This document shows positions 16,845-26,120 of a DNA stretch of 49,726 bases, piece after piece (position 1 is the first letter of the stretch; each line of letters begins with the position of its first letter). Below the pieces are notes generated by a model that saw only the letters and a list, made by a program, of their open reading frames with translations, ran no database searches and was not told the origin of the DNA. The position numbers and the translations under genes are program-made. Location: contig DASRSE010000134.1 in assembly GCA_035656655.1 (NCBI GenBank), positions 1 through 49,726 of the forward strand. The letters are read 5' to 3'. The DNA comes from Pirellulales bacterium (GTDB lineage: Bacteria; Planctomycetota; Planctomycetia; Pirellulales; DASRSE01).

Positions 16845-17765
16845 TTAGAGGGTTGTCGTCCGCTGCGGATCGTTCGCCGCGGGCGCCGCCGCGGCCGTCG
16901 TTTTACGGTCGTGGCGCCACATCCGCACGAAAAACACGCCAAACGCCGCCAAGGTCAATACCCCGGCCACCCGCACGAGATTCAAAATCGCAAAACCATA
17001 CTTGCCAGTAGTCGGGTCATAGTGAAAGCAGAGCAACAAGAACTGATCGGTCAACGAGCCGATCTTGTTGTTGGCCGCTTCGACGAGCCCCAACCGAACC
17101 TCGGTCGGGGCATAATCAATTCCATAAAAATAGCGTGAGACTTTGCCTTGCGGCGTCAGAATCATGATCGCGCTGGCGTGGGCGAACTGATCGGTCTTCG
17201 GATCGTAGGTGAAATGAAACCCGACCGCCTCGGTCAGCGCCGCAATGGAGGCCTTGTCCCCCGTCAGAAAATGCCAACCCTCCGCCGCGCGCGGCCGGCC
17301 ATAGCTGCCCAGATAGGGCTCCTTTTTCCGCGCCGCCTGGAGCGGCGTCTCGGCGGGATCGAAGCTGACCGTTAAGACGTTAAACTGATCGCCGACGCTC
17401 AAGCTCGGAATCGCCTCCAAGCAATCGAGCAGCCCGTTCAAAATCTGCGTGCAGAGGCGCGGGCAACGAAATTGCGCCAGCACGAGAATCGTCGGCTTGC
17501 CTTGAAATTCATCCTCGAGCCGGACCGATTTGCCCGTCTCGTCGCGGAAGACCAAGTCGACCGGGACTTGCGCATCGAGACGCTGATCGATCCGCACGCC
17601 GGCCGCTTGGGGCGGCAGCGGCGTCCCGGTCTGCGCCCGGGCGTCGCCCGCGGCGCCGAACGCCAGGACAAGACAGCTCACCGCCGCGGTCCCAATGAGC
17701 AGGCCGCTTGGCCGCCGCGCCGCTGGTTGCGATTTTAGATTCCTCGGAAAAGAGCAACAGATCAT
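16845..17765 (-). CDS. SCO1/SenC-family copper chaperone (thioredoxin fold) with a C-terminal TM helix
   Basis: The CxxxC motif is FRCPRLCTQ. The downstream conserved His context is FAHASAIMILTP. Its ATG overlaps the upstream stop as ATGA. Confidence 0.9.
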   Translation of the reverse strand: MICCSFPRNLKSQPAARRPSGLLIGTAAVSCLVLAFGAAGDARAQTGTPLPPQAAGVRIDQRLDAQVPVDLVFRDETGKSVRLEDEFQGKPTILVLAQFRCPRLCTQILNGLLDCLEAIPSLSVGDQFNVLTVSFDPAETPLQAARKKEPYLGSYGRPRAAEGWHFLTGDKASIAALTEAVGFHFTYDPKTDQFAHASAIMILTPQGKVSRYFYGIDYAPTEVRLGLVEAANNKIGSLTDQFLLLCFHYDPTTGKYGFAILNLVRVAGVLTLAAFGVFFVRMWRHDRKTTAAAAPAANDPQRTTTL

Positions 17766-18145
17766 GGCTCTCCTTTCTGCCGCGAATTTTGCGAGCGGAG
17801 AAAAAGTTCAAGGGCGCGGTCCACCGGAATGCGCACAATACCGCCGGGCTGGTCGACCCACCCGTAACCGACCGCGGGCGTTGCCGTCGGCGGCGCGTAC
17901 ACATGCGCCGCGCCCGGTTCCAACAGCCCCTCCAGACGCGGATCTGGTGGAAAGGGCCCCGTCGACAAATCTCGGTTCGGCGCCAAGATTGCGCAAAAAA
18001 TCCACCACGCGACGACAAAGCCCAGCGCGATGACCAGCGCCAGCGCCACGCCGACGGCGGCGATGCCCAGGACATTGGCGTCAGTCGTTTCATGTTCGCG
18101 GCGCGGCGTCCACGCGGCCCGCTGCGAAGTAGGATGCTCATCCAT
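17762..18145 (-). CDS. Small single-TM membrane protein between actF and SCO1 (ActG-like position; family uncertain)
   Basis: 127 aa from the internal ATG (MDEHPTSQRAAW...) of track ORF 17762..18379, with TM helix VLGIAAVGVALALVIALGFVVAWWIF. The start overlaps the actF stop (ATGGATGA), and the stop overlaps the SCO1 start (ATGA). Confidence 0.55.
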   Translation of the reverse strand: MDEHPTSQRAAWTPRREHETTDANVLGIAAVGVALALVIALGFVVAWWIFCAILAPNRDLSTGPFPPDPRLEGLLEPGAAHVYAPPTATPAVGYGWVDQPGGIVRIPVDRALELFLRSQNSRQKGEP

Positions 18146-19406
18146 GCGAGCCTCCGTCTGTTTTCCAACTCTCGTCCGCAGCGGCCTGTTCGATCGCCGC
18201 TCGATCGATGGCGCCATCCGGCGGACTCGCCAGCGGCAGCGTCCGCAAACGGCGGAGCCACGCCCATAGCCAGAGCCCCCCGAGGCCGACCGTGCTCGTT
18301 GCCGCCGCGGCCACGTCGGCCGCCGCATCGCGCCAACTCGCCGCAGGAAAGGCCGGCAAGATTTGCCACGCCAAGTCAACCCAATGCGTAAAGAGCAGCA
18401 GCGCCGCCACGCTCACCAAAGCCGCTGGCCGGCGCTTGATTTCGCGCGACAGCAGCAGCAAAAATGGCAAACCAAACTGCCCCAGCGCCAGCCCGATCGC
18501 CACGAACTTCCAAACGCCTTGCGTCCGCGGGAGATACCAGCGGATTTCTTCGGGCAAATTGCCTGACCAAATGAGCAAGAACTGTGAAAACGAGACATAC
18601 GCCCAAAACATGACAAACAGCAACAGCAAATTGCCCAAGTCGCGCAAGAATAGATTGGTCGCCTCGATGGCCGGTTTCAATTCGGCCTCTGCGACCGACA
18701 CCTCGCGCGGGACGCGCCGGAGCCGCATCAACCAGATCGCCCCGACGACCGCGAAGGCCGAAGCCGCGAGAATCTGGCCAACCGAAAACACGACGGAGAA
18801 GATCGTCGAAAACCAATCCGGTTGCAGCGACATCAGCCAATCGACGCCGGCGAGCGTGATCGTGAGGCCGTATAGGACGATCCCCGGCCCCGCGATCGTG
18901 CGCAGCCGCCCCGCGGCGCGGGCGTCGCCGGAGCGATCTTCTTGCTCGATCCAGCGGGTCGTGAGCCAGCCGAGGACCAACCAGATCGCAAAATAGGCGA
19001 GCGACCGCCCAAGAAAAAAGGGTTCGTTCAGATACAAACTCTTTTGGGCCCCCTTGGCGGTGGTCGCGAATTCGGAACTAGTCCACGGATAGAGGGCGTG
19101 CAGTCCCAGCGCCAGCGGCAGCGCGGCCAGCACGAAGAACGGAATCGTGCTCGAAGCGGCGGCTTGCACCGGCCGAATCACCCAACCCCAGCCGCCGCCA
19201 ACGAGTTGATGCAGCCAAATCAAAACCAGCGAGCCGAGGGCTACGCCGAGCCAAAAGTTAAATGCCACCAAGTATCCGCGCCAGAGCGCGGCGGGCCAAA
19301 TCAGCACGACGATGACAAACAGCACCCAAGCCAGCCCGCTCCAGCCGAGCGCCCGGCGCTGGTCGCGGACTGCTTGATCGCGGGCCGGCGCATTAAGGAG
19401 TTCCAT
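18138..19406 (-). CDS. actF: Alternative complex III subunit ActF (NrfD-like polytopic membrane subunit)
   Basis: Internal ATG (MELLNAP...) preceded by a GGAGG Shine-Dalgarno. About 10 TM helices. Position after actE. Confidence 0.85.
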   Translation of the reverse strand: MELLNAPARDQAVRDQRRALGWSGLAWVLFVIVVLIWPAALWRGYLVAFNFWLGVALGSLVLIWLHQLVGGGWGWVIRPVQAAASSTIPFFVLAALPLALGLHALYPWTSSEFATTAKGAQKSLYLNEPFFLGRSLAYFAIWLVLGWLTTRWIEQEDRSGDARAAGRLRTIAGPGIVLYGLTITLAGVDWLMSLQPDWFSTIFSVVFSVGQILAASAFAVVGAIWLMRLRRVPREVSVAEAELKPAIEATNLFLRDLGNLLLLFVMFWAYVSFSQFLLIWSGNLPEEIRWYLPRTQGVWKFVAIGLALGQFGLPFLLLLSREIKRRPAALVSVAALLLFTHWVDLAWQILPAFPAASWRDAAADVAAAATSTVGLGGLWLWAWLRRLRTLPLASPPDGAIDRAAIEQAAADESWKTDGGSHG

Positions 19407-20148
19407 GCGAGTCCTCCTGCGCCGGCAGTTTCGCCCGCTCTTCATCAGAAAGATCGCTCACGGCGGCATGCTGGCTCAATTGCAAGACGCGCAGATAGCT
19501 GACGATGGCCCAGCGATCGCGCACCGGAATTTGCGCCTCATGGGCCGGCATCGAACCCATTCCGTGCGAGATGACCTCAAATAGATACCCGGCCGGCGCT
19601 CCGCGCAAGCGATCGCTATGATAAGTCGGGGGCGGAGTATAGCCGCGCTGCACGACGATCCCGTCGCCGTAGCCGAGCGATCCGTGACACACGGCGCAAT
19701 AAATGTTGAACCGCTCTTGCCCGCGCGCCAGAAGTTGGCGATCGATCGGCAGCGGAATCGCCTCGACATAGTTGGCCGGCGTGTTCGTTCCTCCCGGCTC
19801 GAGCGGCGCGTTGGATTTGGCCTCGGCGGCCGGTTCGCCAGCCGGTTGTCGACCGTGGTAGAGGGCGGAGTCGGTTTGCAGACGGTCGCGGGCGATCGTT
19901 CCTTCGACCTGCGGCCGCGCCGAGCGCTGGTCCAAGAAGAAATCGCTCTTTTGCAGAGGCAAATAACTCGGCTGATCGGCCATCTTTTGCTGACAACCGG
20001 CCACGCACGCCAAGAGCGCGGCGCAGATTCCCGGCGCCACGGGCCTGGCGCGCCGCGGCGCGCCGCGCGGACCGGCGGCGCGCGCACGATCGATGCGGCA
20101 GCCGCCGCTGGGAATGGCAAGTTCAAGAGCTGGCAATTCGCAACGCAT
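19393..20148 (-). CDS. actE: Alternative complex III subunit ActE (monoheme cytochrome c, lipoprotein)
   Basis: A single CAVCH heme motif and the lipobox LLACVAGC. Internal ATG (MRCELP...) overlaps the actD stop as TAATG. Confidence 0.85.
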   Translation of the reverse strand: MRCELPALELAIPSGGCRIDRARAAGPRGAPRRARPVAPGICAALLACVAGCQQKMADQPSYLPLQKSDFFLDQRSARPQVEGTIARDRLQTDSALYHGRQPAGEPAAEAKSNAPLEPGGTNTPANYVEAIPLPIDRQLLARGQERFNIYCAVCHGSLGYGDGIVVQRGYTPPPTYHSDRLRGAPAGYLFEVISHGMGSMPAHEAQIPVRDRWAIVSYLRVLQLSQHAAVSDLSDEERAKLPAQEDSHGTP

Positions 20149-20687
20149 TACAGGGGAACTTCCATAATCTCGCTCGGTTGGCACGCGGTCAAAAACTCCA
20201 GCGTCCTGGCCGCGTCAAACAGCGGATCGGTGCTTTCGATGCAAAGAAAAAACCGATCGCGGGTCGCCCGCGCAAACTGCGATAGATGAAACAGCGGATG
20301 ATACGGTTGCGGCAAGCCGTTCAAGGCAAACATCCCAAACACGGCGGAAAGCGCCGCGAACAAGATCGTCAGCTCGAACGTGATCGGAATGAACATCGGC
20401 CAACTATTGAACGGCCGCCCGCCAACGTTGATCGGGTAGCTAATCGCCATCGCGTAATACTGCATGAAAAAGCCGGTCAGCCCGCCGACAATCCCGCCGA
20501 TCAACACCACCAGAGGAATTCGGGTGTGGTGAAACTCGAGCGCTTCGTCTAGTTCTTCGACGTGGAACGGCGTGTAGGCGTCGAGACGGCGATAGCCGGC
20601 CTGCCGCGCGGCCCGCGCCGCATCGACCAATTCATCGGCCTGCTCGAACTCGGCGACCAGTCCGTAGATTTTGCTGGGTTGCGTCAT
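20148..20687 (-). CDS. actD: Alternative complex III subunit ActD (DUF3341)
   Basis: 179 aa. The sequence is [40 protein letters not shown], followed by two TM helices. ATGA overlap with actC. Confidence 0.88.
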   Translation of the reverse strand: MTQPSKIYGLVAEFEQADELVDAARAARQAGYRRLDAYTPFHVEELDEALEFHHTRIPLVVLIGGIVGGLTGFFMQYYAMAISYPINVGGRPFNSWPMFIPITFELTILFAALSAVFGMFALNGLPQPYHPLFHLSQFARATRDRFFLCIESTDPLFDAARTLEFLTACQPSEIMEVPL

Positions 20688-22123
20688 GACCGCTCCTCCT
20701 CGTCGGCTTGCGACTCGGTCAACAAGGTGCGCATCTCAAAGATCGAGATCATGGGCAGAAAGCGGAGAAACAAGAGCAGCAAGAACACGAACAGGCCGAG
20801 CGTCCCGACAAACGTGGCCCAATCCCAGATGGTCGGCTTATACATTCCCCAACTTGATGGATCGTAATCGCGATGCAAACTCGTAACCACGATCATGAAG
20901 CGTTCGAGCCACATGCCGACGTTCACGACCAGCGAGAGGACAAACAGCAACCGCGGGCTCGAGCGGGCGCGATGCGACCAGAGAATTTGCGGCGCCAGGA
21001 CGTTGCAGCTCAACAGGACCCAGTAGACGACTGCATACGGTCCGAAGGCCCGATTCAATTGCGTGTATTGCTCGAATGGATTGCCGCTATACCACGCCAT
21101 GAACGCTTCAATCAGATATCCATACGCGACAATCAAGCTCGTGGCGAGCAAGATTTTCGCCATGTTCTCCAAATGATGGAGGGTGATGAAGTCTTGCAGC
21201 CCATAAAAGGCCCGAATCGGAATCGCCAAGGTCAGCACCATCGCGAAGCCGGAGAAGATCGCCCCGGCGACGAAATAAGGCGGAAAAATGGTCGAATGCC
21301 AGCCGGGGACCGCCGCCACCGCGAAATCGAAACTGACAACCGTATGGACCGATACGACCAGCGGCGTCGCCAGCCCGGCCATCAATAGATAGGCCGTCTC
21401 GTAGCGGACCCAATGTCGAGCCGAGCCGCGCCAACCCATCGCCAGGATGCCATAGATGATGCGCCCGTGCCGCGATGTCGATCGGTCGCGCAAGGTTGCC
21501 AGGTCGGGAATCAAGCCCATGTACCAAAACAACAAGGAGACCGTGAAATAGGTCAACACGGCAAACACGTCCCAGACCAGCGGGCTGCGAAACTGCGGCC
21601 AGAGGTTCATCGTATTTGGATACGGGAGAAGCCAGTAGAAAAACCATGGCCGCCCCATGTGCAACAGTGGAAACAGGCCGGCGCAGGCGACCGCGAACAA
21701 GGTCATCGCCTCCGCAAAGCGGTTGATCGAGGTCCGCCATTTTTGCCGCAGCAGCAACAGAATGGCGGAGATCAGCGTGCCAGCATGGCCAATTCCGATC
21801 CACCAGACAAAGTTCACGATCGCAAAACCCCACGCGACCGGGATGTTGATCCCCCAAATGCCAACCCCGACCACCAGCAACATCGTGACCGCGTACAACA
21901 GCATGAACACGATGATCAGCGAAATGGCAAACGCGATCCACCAGCCCAGCGGCGTCCGCGGCGAGAGGACCACGGTGCTGATCTTGTCGGTGATCGAGGC
22001 CAGACTGTGCCCCGGCCGGAGCACCTCGCGAATGTCGCGCGCAATCTCGGCGCGGTCTTCAACTTGTCCCTCTTCGTCGACGGGGGGCGGCAAGTGCAGC
22101 GGCACGGGTTCATCCGAGTCCAT
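20684..22123 (-). CDS. actC: Alternative complex III subunit ActC (NrfD/PsrC-family quinol-interacting membrane subunit)
   Basis: 479 aa, polytopic, with NrfD-like helices. Position after actB. Confidence 0.92.
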   Translation of the reverse strand: MDSDEPVPLHLPPPVDEEGQVEDRAEIARDIREVLRPGHSLASITDKISTVVLSPRTPLGWWIAFAISLIIVFMLLYAVTMLLVVGVGIWGINIPVAWGFAIVNFVWWIGIGHAGTLISAILLLLRQKWRTSINRFAEAMTLFAVACAGLFPLLHMGRPWFFYWLLPYPNTMNLWPQFRSPLVWDVFAVLTYFTVSLLFWYMGLIPDLATLRDRSTSRHGRIIYGILAMGWRGSARHWVRYETAYLLMAGLATPLVVSVHTVVSFDFAVAAVPGWHSTIFPPYFVAGAIFSGFAMVLTLAIPIRAFYGLQDFITLHHLENMAKILLATSLIVAYGYLIEAFMAWYSGNPFEQYTQLNRAFGPYAVVYWVLLSCNVLAPQILWSHRARSSPRLLFVLSLVVNVGMWLERFMIVVTSLHRDYDPSSWGMYKPTIWDWATFVGTLGLFVFLLLLFLRFLPMISIFEMRTLLTESQADEEERS

Positions 22124-22124
22124 C

Positions 22125-25100
22125 TCAACGGTCCTTGATCGCAGGATTCGGATTGCTCACCGCGGCCAGATACGTCGTCCGCGGCCGCGTGTTCAACTCG
22201 GCCAGCAAGGCATAGTTGAGCGGGGTTTCCTTCCAGCGGTTGACTTCGCTGCGCGGGTTGTTCAGGTCACCAAAGACGATGGCTTGCGAAGGACAAGCGG
22301 CTTGGCACGCGGTTTGGATCTCGCCGTCGCGCACCGTCCGCTCGTCGCGCTCGGCTTGAATTTTCGCCTTTGTAATGCGCTGGACGCAATAAGTGCACTT
22401 TTCCATCACGCCGCGGCTGCGAACTGTTACTTCCGGATTGTGCAACAACTTCAGGCTGGCGGTGGTGAAGTCGGCATACTGCAGAAAATTGAACCGTCGC
22501 ACCTTGTACGGGCAGTTGTTCGAGCAATAGCGCGTGCCGACGCACCGATTGTAGACCATGTCGTTGAGCCCCTCGGAGCTATGCACCGTCGCCCCGACCG
22601 GACAGACCAATTCGCACGGAGCGTTTTCGCACTGCATGCACGGGACCGGCTGAAATTCGTACCGCGGCCGATCCGCGCTGCCGTGATAGAAGCGATCGAT
22701 CCGAATCCAGTGCATTTCTCGCCCGGCCATGACCTGATCTTTGCCAACGACCGGGATGTTATTTTCGGCTTGGCAAGCAATCACGCAGGCATTGCAGCCG
22801 ACGCAGGCCGAGAGGTCGATCGCCATGCCCCATTTGTAGCCGTCATACGGATGCTCCGCCGTCGGATAGAGCGTCAGGCCGGCCGCTTCTTCCCCATGTT
22901 CCGTCGGCTTCTCCGCGTCGGTCGTCGCGAATCGCGGGTTGCGCAAAAACTCGTCGCGCGTGGCGGTCCGAATGAGCTGGCGGTTTTCCATTTGGTGATG
23001 GGCTTGCGTGCACGCCAAAGGATAGGTCTGGCTCGCTTTGCGCGCGACCAAGCCGGCGGCAAACCAAGGAGCGTCGCTCGTGCGGAGGGCGTAGACATTC
23101 GCGCCGACCCCTTGCGCGACGCGTCCCCCTCGCGTTCGCCCCGCCCCGAATTGCACGCAGACGGAGTTTTCGGCCTGGCCGGGCAAGATCCACACCGGCA
23201 GCGTCAGCGCGCGTCCTCCATAGCGCAATTCGATGGTGTCGGTCAGCATCTCGCCATGTTCGCCGCCGCGAAACGTGGGCTGCGTGGACAAGCCCAACTG
23301 CTCAGCCAACTTCGGCGAAATGAGGGCGACATTGTCCCAGGTTAGCTTCGTCAGCGGCTTGGGCAGTTCTTGCAGCCAGCCATTGTTCGCGAAGCGGCCA
23401 TCGTACAAAGTCGCATCCGGGCGAAACACGATTTCCAGCCCGCTCGGCTCCGGCGGCGGAGCCGCCGCGGCGACAGACGCGGCGCGAAATTCGACCGTGG
23501 CCGCGGCCGATGCGCTGCTGGCCACCACGCCGTCATGCACCGACTGCTGCCAAAAAGTCTCGAACGTTTCCTCCGCACGATCGGCCGCCGGCTTCCAATC
23601 CTGGCTCCAGTGGGCGCGGACCAGTTCGTAGCTCGTTTTGGTGAAGGGTCCGCTCAGCCGCTCGAGCAGCGTATGAATCGATTGGCCCGCATAGAGCGGG
23701 GCAATCAGGGGCTGCGCGATCGAACTTGCGCCATCGAACGCGCGGGCGTCGCTCCACGTTTCCAAAAAATGCGCCTGCGGAATGTGCCAGTCGCAGAGCG
23801 CCGCCGTTTCGTCTTCGTACAAGCTCAAATGGGCGCTGAACCGCGCTTTCGCCAGTTTTTCGGCAAACGCCAGATCGACCGGCGCCGTAAACACCGGATT
23901 GCCGCCGAGAATCAGCAGCGTATCAACATGCCGTTGTGCGAGATCGCTCGCCAGCGTCGCGAGGTCTCCGGCCGTCGCCAACCCGACCTCGACCGGCTCG
24001 ATGTACCGCACGGTCTGGCCGACATTGCCGAGCGCTTCGTTCAGAGCGGCAGCCAGAGCGTGCACCGGGGCAGGCTGTTGCTCGCCCGCCACGATCAAGC
24101 TGCGGCCGCGATGCGCGCGCAAATCGGCCGCCAGCGCCGCCAGCCATTCCGCGGGAACCGAGTCCGCCGAGGCCGCGCCGGAAGGGACCGTTTCCGGCGG
24201 CGGGTTAGTCTGCGGAGCAGCGTTTTCCGTCCCCGCGCCGAGGCGACCGAGCAGATCGCGTGCCAAGGCTTCAATCGCGCGGGCCGCCAACGGCCACCGA
24301 TGATCCGCTTTCGCTCCGGTCAATGACGGAGTGCTCTCGACCGCGTACAGCCGATTCATTTCGGCTGGCGCCACGCTGTTGATGGCGGGCGGCGCTGCCG
24401 ATCCAGACGACTCCGATCCCGGCGCTGCCGATCCAGATCCTGCCGATCCAGATGCCCCCGATGATCCAGAGGGTTCCGCTGAACTGGCCGCAATTTCTCG
24501 GAGCCGTCGCCGTGCGGCGAACTGCCGCGCATAAACCAAATGACCGGGGCCGGCGTTGAGAAAGTCGGCCTCCAGGGAAACAATGACATCCGCCGCGGTG
24601 AAATCATAGACCGCATCCAAGGGCCGGCCGTAAGCCTGTGTTAATCCGTCGTGCAGCGATTGGCGGCCAATGGGCTCGTAGCGGTGCCACTTCGCTTCCG
24701 GAAACTCCTGCAAAAAGTTCTCCATCTGCGCGGCCAGCGTCGGCGAAGTGAAATGCTCAGTCAATAGCCGCAGCCCGGCCCCGTGCTTCTTGCGCGCCAG
24801 CGCCAAGCGCTCGTCGAGCGCGCGTTGCAAATCGTCCGCGGAGCGCGTTTGGCCGCGCGCGCTGACGGCTTGCGAGCGGTCCGGATCGTACAAGTCCAGA
24901 ATGGCCGCCTGCGCATAGATGTCGGTTGCGCCAAGACTGGCAGGATGGTCGCGATTCCCTTCGATTTTGGTCGGCCGCCCTTCGTGGCTTTCGACGAGCA
25001 AGCCGGTGGCATAGCCCCCCAGCGTCATCGAAGTCGCAAAGTATTGCGAAACTCCGGGCGTTTGTCCCACGACCGGATGCACGTACGGAAAGATCCGTTC

Positions 25101-25349
25101 CTCGGGAGGTTGCACTGAGCAGCCTTGCAATCCGGCTAGCGCCAGCGATGCGCCGATCCAGGCGAGAAACTTCCGCCGCGGAATCGCTCGCTCGGCCCAG
25201 AGATTCCAGTGGCTCGGCAATTCTTTCCGCAGCCATTCTTGAAACTCCGCCTCCTCGGTCAATTCTTCAAGACAGCGCCAATACGCGGAGCCAGTCTTGG
25301 CGCGCAATCGCGCGGCGGCAAAATCAGAGATCGGTTCCGGATGGCTCAT
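22125..25349 (-). CDS. actB: Alternative complex III subunit ActB (fused molybdopterin-oxidoreductase-like B1 and 4Fe-4S ferredoxin-like B2 domains)
   Basis: The internal ATG (MSHPEP...) overlaps the actA stop as ATGA. A Tat-type signal [20 protein letters not shown] is present. C-terminal FeS clusters: [44 protein letters not shown]. Confidence 0.93.
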   Translation of the reverse strand: MSHPEPISDFAAARLRAKTGSAYWRCLEELTEEAEFQEWLRKELPSHWNLWAERAIPRRKFLAWIGASLALAGLQGCSVQPPEERIFPYVHPVVGQTPGVSQYFATSMTLGGYATGLLVESHEGRPTKIEGNRDHPASLGATDIYAQAAILDLYDPDRSQAVSARGQTRSADDLQRALDERLALARKKHGAGLRLLTEHFTSPTLAAQMENFLQEFPEAKWHRYEPIGRQSLHDGLTQAYGRPLDAVYDFTAADVIVSLEADFLNAGPGHLVYARQFAARRRLREIAASSAEPSGSSGASGSAGSGSAAPGSESSGSAAPPAINSVAPAEMNRLYAVESTPSLTGAKADHRWPLAARAIEALARDLLGRLGAGTENAAPQTNPPPETVPSGAASADSVPAEWLAALAADLRAHRGRSLIVAGEQQPAPVHALAAALNEALGNVGQTVRYIEPVEVGLATAGDLATLASDLAQRHVDTLLILGGNPVFTAPVDLAFAEKLAKARFSAHLSLYEDETAALCDWHIPQAHFLETWSDARAFDGASSIAQPLIAPLYAGQSIHTLLERLSGPFTKTSYELVRAHWSQDWKPAADRAEETFETFWQQSVHDGVVASSASAAATVEFRAASVAAAAPPPEPSGLEIVFRPDATLYDGRFANNGWLQELPKPLTKLTWDNVALISPKLAEQLGLSTQPTFRGGEHGEMLTDTIELRYGGRALTLPVWILPGQAENSVCVQFGAGRTRGGRVAQGVGANVYALRTSDAPWFAAGLVARKASQTYPLACTQAHHQMENRQLIRTATRDEFLRNPRFATTDAEKPTEHGEEAAGLTLYPTAEHPYDGYKWGMAIDLSACVGCNACVIACQAENNIPVVGKDQVMAGREMHWIRIDRFYHGSADRPRYEFQPVPCMQCENAPCELVCPVGATVHSSEGLNDMVYNRCVGTRYCSNNCPYKVRRFNFLQYADFTTASLKLLHNPEVTVRSRGVMEKCTYCVQRITKAKIQAERDERTVRDGEIQTACQAACPSQAIVFGDLNNPRSEVNRWKETPLNYALLAELNTRPRTTYLAAVSNPNPAIKDR

Positions 25350-25993
25350 CGATGGCAAGTTGAACAACTGGTTAGCGATTGGATGTGATACTGTTTGACC
25401 AATTCTCGGCCGAGCTCGAGTTGATCGCGGTCTGGCGACCAGTTCATATTGAAGACTTCTTCGCGCGGGCGGACGTGGCGCTCCGGTTCGCGGTGGCAAT
25501 CGACGCACCAGCTCATCAGGAGCGATTGGGTTTGCATCGTCAGCGGCATCTGATCGATCTGCCCATGACAGGTCACGCAGCCGACCCCTTTGGCGATGTG
25601 GATACTGTGGTCGAAATAGACAAACTGCGGCAGACTATGCACGCGGTCCCACGGAATCGACTGGTTCGTTTTGTAGCTCTCGCGAACCGCGCCTAGCATC
25701 TCGCTGCCCACCCAGATCTGCGAATGGCAATTCATGCAGGTCTTGGTCGGCGGAATTCCCGCGAATGAGGAGTTCTCGACCGACGTGTGGCAATAGCGGC
25801 AGTCGATGTGCAGCTGGCCCACGTGATGCGCGTGGCTAAAAGGAACCGGCTGCAAGCGCGGCGTTTCGGCCGCGGTGACGTAAGACGAGTGATAGACGAT
25901 TTCCAACGCCCACCACAAACCCGCCAGAATGAACAGCCCGCCAAAGATGCTCGCTTTGGAGATGGTGTTGAAGCTGCGGGGAAAGATCTGCAT
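25346..25993 (-). CDS. actA: Alternative complex III subunit ActA (pentaheme cytochrome c with N-terminal TM anchor)
   Basis: Five CxxCH motifs: CRYCH, CMNCH, CVTCH, CVDCH, CSTCH. Confidence 0.92.
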   Translation of the reverse strand: MQIFPRSFNTISKASIFGGLFILAGLWWALEIVYHSSYVTAAETPRLQPVPFSHAHHVGQLHIDCRYCHTSVENSSFAGIPPTKTCMNCHSQIWVGSEMLGAVRESYKTNQSIPWDRVHSLPQFVYFDHSIHIAKGVGCVTCHGQIDQMPLTMQTQSLLMSWCVDCHREPERHVRPREEVFNMNWSPDRDQLELGRELVKQYHIQSLTSCSTCHR

Positions 25994-26120
25994 CGCGGTC
26001 GCTCCGAAAAGCTCGCACCACTTTGAAATCTAAAACGGCGGCGAGGCCACGCAACTCGCCAGCGATTTTTGCGGACCCGCAGCCAAAGAATCTTACCAGA
26101 CCGGACGCGGGCTCCGCCGA

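Noticed and set aside
20179-20184. TGGCAC hexamers (here and near 33063) considered as sigma54 -24 elements for the bEBP-like regulator.
   Set aside because: None is followed by TTGC at the required N5 spacing. All lie inside coding sequence, and none is near the bEBP unit.
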